A stretch of DNA of 63,952 nt, filler included, from Pelomyxa schiedti (taxonomy: Eukaryota > Protista > Evosea), in the NCBI GenBank assembly GCA_020536535.1. It is 9 parts of 9 records of this genome, joined end to end, with 100 filler letters (N's around TTAATTAATTAA, not from the genome) between each part and the next. Parts side by side here need not be neighbours in the genome. Positions count along the whole stretch, not along the records: positions 56,300 to 61,955 come from JAHLWZ010001479.1; positions 62,056 to 63,952 come from JAHLWZ010002218.1; 7 more parts are not named here. One strand, 5' to 3'. The notes beneath the pieces are model-generated. The model was not told the origin of the DNA and did not search any database. It was given only the letters and a program-made list of their open reading frames with translations. The translations under genes and the position numbers were made by a program. This document shows positions 58,182 to 63,952 of this stretch, piece after piece; position 1 is the stretch's first letter, and every line of letters starts with the position of its first letter.

Positions 58182-61100
58182 GCTCTCAGGTTGCGAACAA
58201 CAAGCGTGACAAGCAACAACAACAACAATCGGGGCAGGAGGACAACATGTCCATGTTGCACCAAGCCTTCTTCAGACGCAAGGTCTGTGTGTGTCTGTTC
58301 GCGTGCCTGTGTGTGTTGCGTTGTGTTGTCAAGATATACCTCACCAACATGAAACACACGCACGGTGCACCACACAGGCTGTTGCCGTGCTTGCACGGAG
58401 TGAACCTGAGATGCATCAAGTTTGTCCGGATTGCATCTGTGTCATCAACCGCCTCCGCCGCCAACAACAACAACACACAGCAGCCGACGCCAACAGCGGA
58501 CCCGTCGGTCACCACATCGCCTTCATCATCATCGTCGTCGTCGTCGGTGACCACCGCGGCTCGTGATGGTGTTGGCTGTGCAACGGCCGCAGTTGACGCA
58601 CAAGTGCCCATGACTGACAGAAACCCCAGAACAGCAGCAGCACCAGCAACGACAACAAGTGGCGGGGGTGCGGTGTCAGAGTCATGGGAGGTGGAGTGCC
58701 CAGTGTGTGGCTCACGATTCCCAGTGACCAACTTGGCAGGGATGTCGGAGGTTGAAAATTCGTCGCCAGAAGAAGCAGGACTGTTGCCGCTGGGTGGTGG
58801 GGGTGATTACCACTTGGTGAAGGTGCTGGAAAGTGTGCTCAAAATTGATCCACTTGCTGTTTCTGAAAAACCAGCAACCCCTGTGAATTGTGGTGTGATT
58901 GAAGCGGTACTTCCGGAATTTGCTGACCATAAAAAAAAAGCTAAAAAGGGATGCACACTCCTGGCTGTTGTGTTTTGCCCCCAGTGTGATAAAAACCTGT
59001 GCAAAACCTGCTCTGATTTTCTCCATGAAGTCTTCCATGATCACGTTCCTGCGGAAAGAGTACTTCTGAAGCATTCCGGTTCGCAAATATTGAGCAGTAA
59101 TTAGGAAAAAACGACTGAAAAGAGATCGTTCAAGTGCATTCATGACGGCCGAAAAGCGAAGTTATATTGCACATCCTGTGACTCGTTCATTTGTTCATCA
59201 TGTCAAATTAATTTCCACAGAGTACTTACTCTCATTGCACACTCCCACCAAAAGTATTGAGGCACACAAACTTACCCTTTCAACATAGAGTCACGAATTA
59301 TTCCCTGTGAAACATGCGATTCAGTCAGCCAGGAAGGAATTGAGCGAACTTTGCACCTCTTTGAATCTGAGCAAAAGCAGGCTTGATTCAGCAATTGTCC
59401 ACCTCAAGTCGATCAGTGATGTCTCTGAATTGGTACGGTGCCTCTCTGCAAAAACAATTGTCTTTGCAGCTCATTGTCACTTCTTTCCCTCTGAAGCACA
59501 TCAAACTGATATCAGAACAAGTCGAAAGGGAGTTTTCTTCGCTCAGGTTGTCCTCTCAAGAGAGAGAAGAAGATCTCAAGAGAAAACTCAGAGAAATGAA
59601 CTCTCCGAGAGGTGTGTTTGATTATTGATAACATGCAGCAATAAAAATCACTCAATGTGCTCCCTCTGCAGTGACTGAAGTCGGAGAACAGCAGACTCAA
59701 CTCCAAGGGCTTGTTTCAAGCATTGACGAAAGTGTGCGATACTGTGAAGCCATACTGGGTGAGCTTGAGGCAGACCCAATGGCACTTCTCGTGAAAAAGC
59801 AAATCAAGGACCATCTCACAGTTTGTGCATCCCTGATTCAACAAATTAATTCACATGTGACGTCAGGAACTTTCCAAAATGGCATCACAAGCCCCCTTGG
59901 AGCCAGTGTTGCCACCCTCTCACACAATCACTTTCCCGAAAACCATCTTGCACCCGGAGCAATGGGGATGTTCTGGAACACAGGGAAGTTTCGATTTTGG
60001 ATTATTCTCCGCAATAAACAAGCATGGATTTATCCAGATTGCCGGTGATTTGTCTGCAATGACTGTCGAGCTCTCCTCACCAGGAACAACAACATCTTCA
60101 AAAACAGAATTAAATCAGATCAAATTTCCTCTCTCAAATGAGATAATGACTGCGAAGTATACACCTCAATCGGTCACCAATGACAAAATGCACAAGGCAC
60201 TCACACCAATGGAGTGTGTTGTTCTCCCCCAACCCGGCAGCAGGTTCTGTGAGCAGCATGGATTTCCACTCACGATTCTCTGTTGGGGTCCAAACCCATC
60301 AACTTCAAAAACCATGCCACCTCCACTGTTATCCCTCTCTGCTTCACTGACACCCAACAACTCGATCTCAACACCAACACAACGAGGCTACCCAAAAATA
60401 ATTTGCACCAATTGCCTGTTCTCAGGGGATCACATTGGACACACAAACCATGAGCACCTCCCTGTTGCCGAAAAGAGACTGCGGGCATCACTGAAAGGAA
60501 CACTCGGGGTGGGGACGCACTCATTAAGCAATGCACTGAGGTGCTCGAGGTGAAATCAAACGCCGAATTGCAACTGAAGGAGCTGCAAGTGCAAGTGAAC
60601 CAGTGCAACAGCGTCATGGAAACCGGAGTTCAACAATCTGTGAAGTCCGCCATGGAGAACCTGAGGGTCTGCCAAGTCGCTCTCGAGAAAATTGCCACAT
60701 CAAAGGTTTGTACTTCTGCCTCTGTTTCTGTGTTTCACATTCTTTTTCGCACACAGAGTAAAGTTTTGCAAGATGCGGTGACAGAGTCCAGGAATCAATT
60801 TTATGTGCTTTCCAACAGCATTGCTCTGGGCAATAGACTGTGGTCTTCTTTCCAACAACAGTCTGGCGGTGGTGGTGTCAAGCCAATGGAAATCCCTTCC
60901 ATGGAATGCCCAGCTGACGGAAACGCATGCAGCTTTTCTTTCCTCGACACCTTCATGCAACTTGGCGGTGGTGGTGATGGTGGTAAAACATGTGGAACAG
61001 GGGCTTGTGCCAGCAGCCAACGTGGTGGAGTTGGCGGGGTGGGTACAGTGACTCTGCCAGGGACACTCAAGGCAGCGAACACAGGCTCATTCAGAGGTGG

Positions 61101-61639
61101 GACGGGTGGTGGAGCATACAACTCAGGTGGCGGGGGAGGTGGCGCAGCAGGAACAGGGGGCAATGGTGGTGCTGGAAAGAATGCATCCTACACTGATAGT
61201 GTGTGCTGTGATGGTGGTGGTGTGGGTGCTGGGTCTGGTGGTGGAAGTTCAGAGAGGGCAGTTCAATGTAAAAAAACAAAACAACAACACACAACACAAT
61301 ACAAAACTCAACCAAACAACCAAATCACAAAAAAAAAAAAAAAATGAAGCAGGAACACCAGGTCAAAATGGAGGCAGGGGAGGAGACGGTGGAACAAACG
61401 GCTGTCGTGACTCAGCAGGGAGTGGAGGTGGCTGTTGGCTTGGGACACTCCAAGGAAAGCCTGTTGGAGGACAACCAGGGGCATCAGGCGAGAACAGGAA
61501 GAGGGGAACACCAGGTGGCCGATTCGGTGGTGGTGGTGGTGGAAATGATGAACGTTGTGGTGTGGCTGACTGCAATGAAGGAAAAGGTGGCGACGGTGGT
61601 GCTCTGTTCATCATGGGAAGTGATTCTTTGCTTGGATAG
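58131..61639 (+). CDS. TRIM-like protein D: RING - B-boxes - CC - filamin-like - B-box - CC - glycine-rich domain
   Basis: CPCC...AR|LLPCLHGVNLRC...CPVC; FCPQCDKNLCKTC..H...H; CIH...YCTSCDSFICSSC; FCEQH...ICTNC...HIGH; GGxGG-rich C-terminus. Start uncertain. Confidence 0.75.
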
Positions 61640-62055
61640 CCCACTATGTATTTAACGTTAATGTACAAATCAAAAAAAAACATTTTTTCCATTATTCCAG
61701 AGCCCCACTTGGACATGCAAACGGTCTGAAGGATGTATCAAAACCCCATTTCATGATACTGGACTGAGTGAGTGTCTGTGTTTGGTTGCAATTGATGTGC
61801 AACGCCCCCAGTTGATCCACCCTGTTGGTGGTGTATCGGGCATTCACTCCATCTTCAATAAATTTGAGGTCAGTAAGGCAAGTTGCCCTTTTGAAAGCAA
61901 GGTGAGATTTGAATACCTTGTTGGATAATGGTCAGATTTGTATGTAATACCAAGGNNNNNNNNNNNNNNNNNNNNNNNNNNNNNNNNNNNNNNNNNNNNT
62001 TAATTAATTAANNNNNNNNNNNNNNNNNNNNNNNNNNNNNNNNNNNNNNNNNNNN

Positions 62056-62369
62056 TGTTCCATGTGTCTGACACCCTGTTCTGTGCATCCTTCCACACAA
62101 ACAAGCTGCAAGAGTGGTTTAATCTCTACCACCGTGATAACCCAACCCAACCAATTGAGCTGGCACCATCAATCAGGGACAACAGCAAGTCACACAAGGG
62201 GAACACAGTGAGGAAGTTCATGGCTCATTCTGGATTCATTTTTGGTGTGTTTGGCAATCTGATTGATGTGATTGAGCCCACAACTGGGTTCTTGTGCCTC
62301 ACAATAAAGCTCCCTGGACTGACTCCCACTGTTAACCTTTCCATTCCCTTCTCTGGTTTCTCCTCCTGA
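62056..62369 (+). CDS. 3' end of a lineage-specific family gene
   Basis: HVSDTLFC...HSGFIF...IDVIEPTTGFLCL matches the family motif RVSDSQFC...ESGFLF...KVIDASSG. Confidence 0.65.
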
Positions 62370-63952
62370 CTGGCCAGTAGAATTACATTTGAGGTATGAG
62401 TATCTGAGTGGAAGGTATCCAAAAAGAAAAAGAGTTATTGGGTTTTCTATTAGACTTCCCCTAAAACAGTTTACAGCCAGCTGGAGTGTTGTCTTCCAGC
62501 CAGCAAATCGTTTGACAGCCATCACGTGGTGTGGGGGCTGATATGAGGGGTTGCAGCCAGCAAGTTGTTTGTCAGCCAGCAGATCATTTTGTTTTTGTCT
62601 ATCCATATTACACGAAACACTTCATACAAGCACCATAAATAAAAACGTCCATAGTACAAAAATGGCGCCGAACCAAACGAGCCAAAACAAAATGTGGCCC
62701 ACTTGAACCGGCAGGCCAATAACAGGTTGCCCCCTCAATGCTAACCCACATGGTTTACTCCCAAAAACATTTTGCTTGTTTACAAAAACGTGGGTAAAAG
62801 ATTTGTGGGATTTTGAGGCCAATAAAGGTCAAGAGTCATTGAGACACTGATTGAAAGCCAAAGATGTGGTCTTACATCATTTCAATGCAATGTTCATTGC
62901 AACCCTTGTTGGGGGGGTATCCATGATTAGACAGAGTTCCAACAAAAACGACAGTTTTTCTGGCTACTGGTACTTATGGGAAGGGTTTCCTCTCCAGTAA
63001 ATACTAAATATGTGCATTCAAAGCTCACTGGAAAGACCAGAACAGAAACCAAAAGGAAATCACAAAAACCAAATCGTAGCTGAACTTCCCCTTCACCCTT
63101 CAAACTCATATGAGTAACAGCAATAAATTAACACTTACCACTCAAATCAGCTCCACCAGCACTCTCTCAGTGAGCTGTGTAATTAAGGAATTATCTTACA
63201 GCAAGTGGAGCCATACCAACAACAGGATGATGCGGTTCAAGCATGGTATTCACTCAAACTGGAAGGAGAATACCCATACTAATTGGTTGCCGTAATGAGG
63301 AGACAGTTTACAATCATTCTGAATGAATTTGCGAGCCACACAAAAGTCACTTTATATCCTGGGATCTATGTTGGTCAGGGATTACATCTAGCTAAGAGTT
63401 GATTCCTATTGGGCCAAGTCAGACATAGGAATTGCAACAATCCTGGACATACCACAAGGCAAGAAAGCATAGGGATCACTTTTTGAGGTGCAGGATTACC
63501 CTTGTACCGTCAGCACCAGCAGTTCTTCAGCAGATCTGAACATCTGAATAAATTGAGAAATGAACCTGGAGTAATTTCTCCTCCAACCCAGTACAGTCCC
63601 AATATCCATTGCCCACAGGGGGCAAAAAAACTCTTAGAAGTGTCCGGGAGGTGCAAGGAATGGGATGAGAGTGCACGTGCATCTGAACGCAGAGGGCTTG
63701 AGCGCTTCCCTTCCTCCAGCGACTGAGTGAGTGGGTGATCTGATGTTCGTGAAAAAAATGCTTTTTTCTTTCCTTTTCCCTGACTGAGACTCCTTGGGCT
63801 GCAAACTGTGACGTGGCTCGTTGTGATCGCAGGTACAAGAGGAGTAGTTTGCCCCCAAAGCCGGTGGTGCCGGATTTGCGACAGTCAAAGAGGAAAAAAA
63901 TAATCCAGGTTTTCTGGAAAGTGGCCATCAGGGGGACAGTGTCTCCTGAAGC

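Noticed and set aside
62370-63952. Possible decayed gene or transposon
   Set aside because: Only short stop-riddled frames with no motif I can identify.

Overview
Eukaryotic, gene-dense, short-intron (GT-AG) protist DNA. It consists of nine contigs or scaffolds joined by artificial N44-TTAATTAATTAA-N44 linkers, plus four 100-N scaffold gaps, so adjacency across a linker has no biological meaning. The gene families and style resemble an anaerobic amoebozoan such as Pelomyxa (recalled resemblance, not verified). Contents: two divergent tRNA-Thr(CGT)/tRNA-Pro(AGG) pairs and a 5'-damaged tRNA-Pro; a tandem array of intronless lineage-specific genes with an N-terminal 'HPR[C/L]G' motif; a ROCO protein with a pseudokinase; a SIZ/PIAS SUMO ligase; a C2 protein; a class III adenylate cyclase; an ankyrin-kinase; an LRR protein; a DUF1353-like gene; SEL1 proteins; an ARF; a RasGEF; four TRIM-like (RBCC) genes; and a decayed hAT transposon. 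Most notable: (1) a Parkin-like RING0-RING1 gene with an extra zinc-finger exon inside RING1; (2) a tandem RING-Bbox-CC-IPT-IPT-SPRY cluster with hypervariable SPRY loops and birth-and-death evolution; (3) a 325-bp TG...CA solo-LTR-like insertion with a 4-bp TSD in a kinase exon that could be spliced out in frame as a new intron; (4) a short adaptor-like motif shared by unrelated repeat proteins; (5) strong CpG depletion in old transposon DNA. Exon structures were inferred by hand and no database searches were run.
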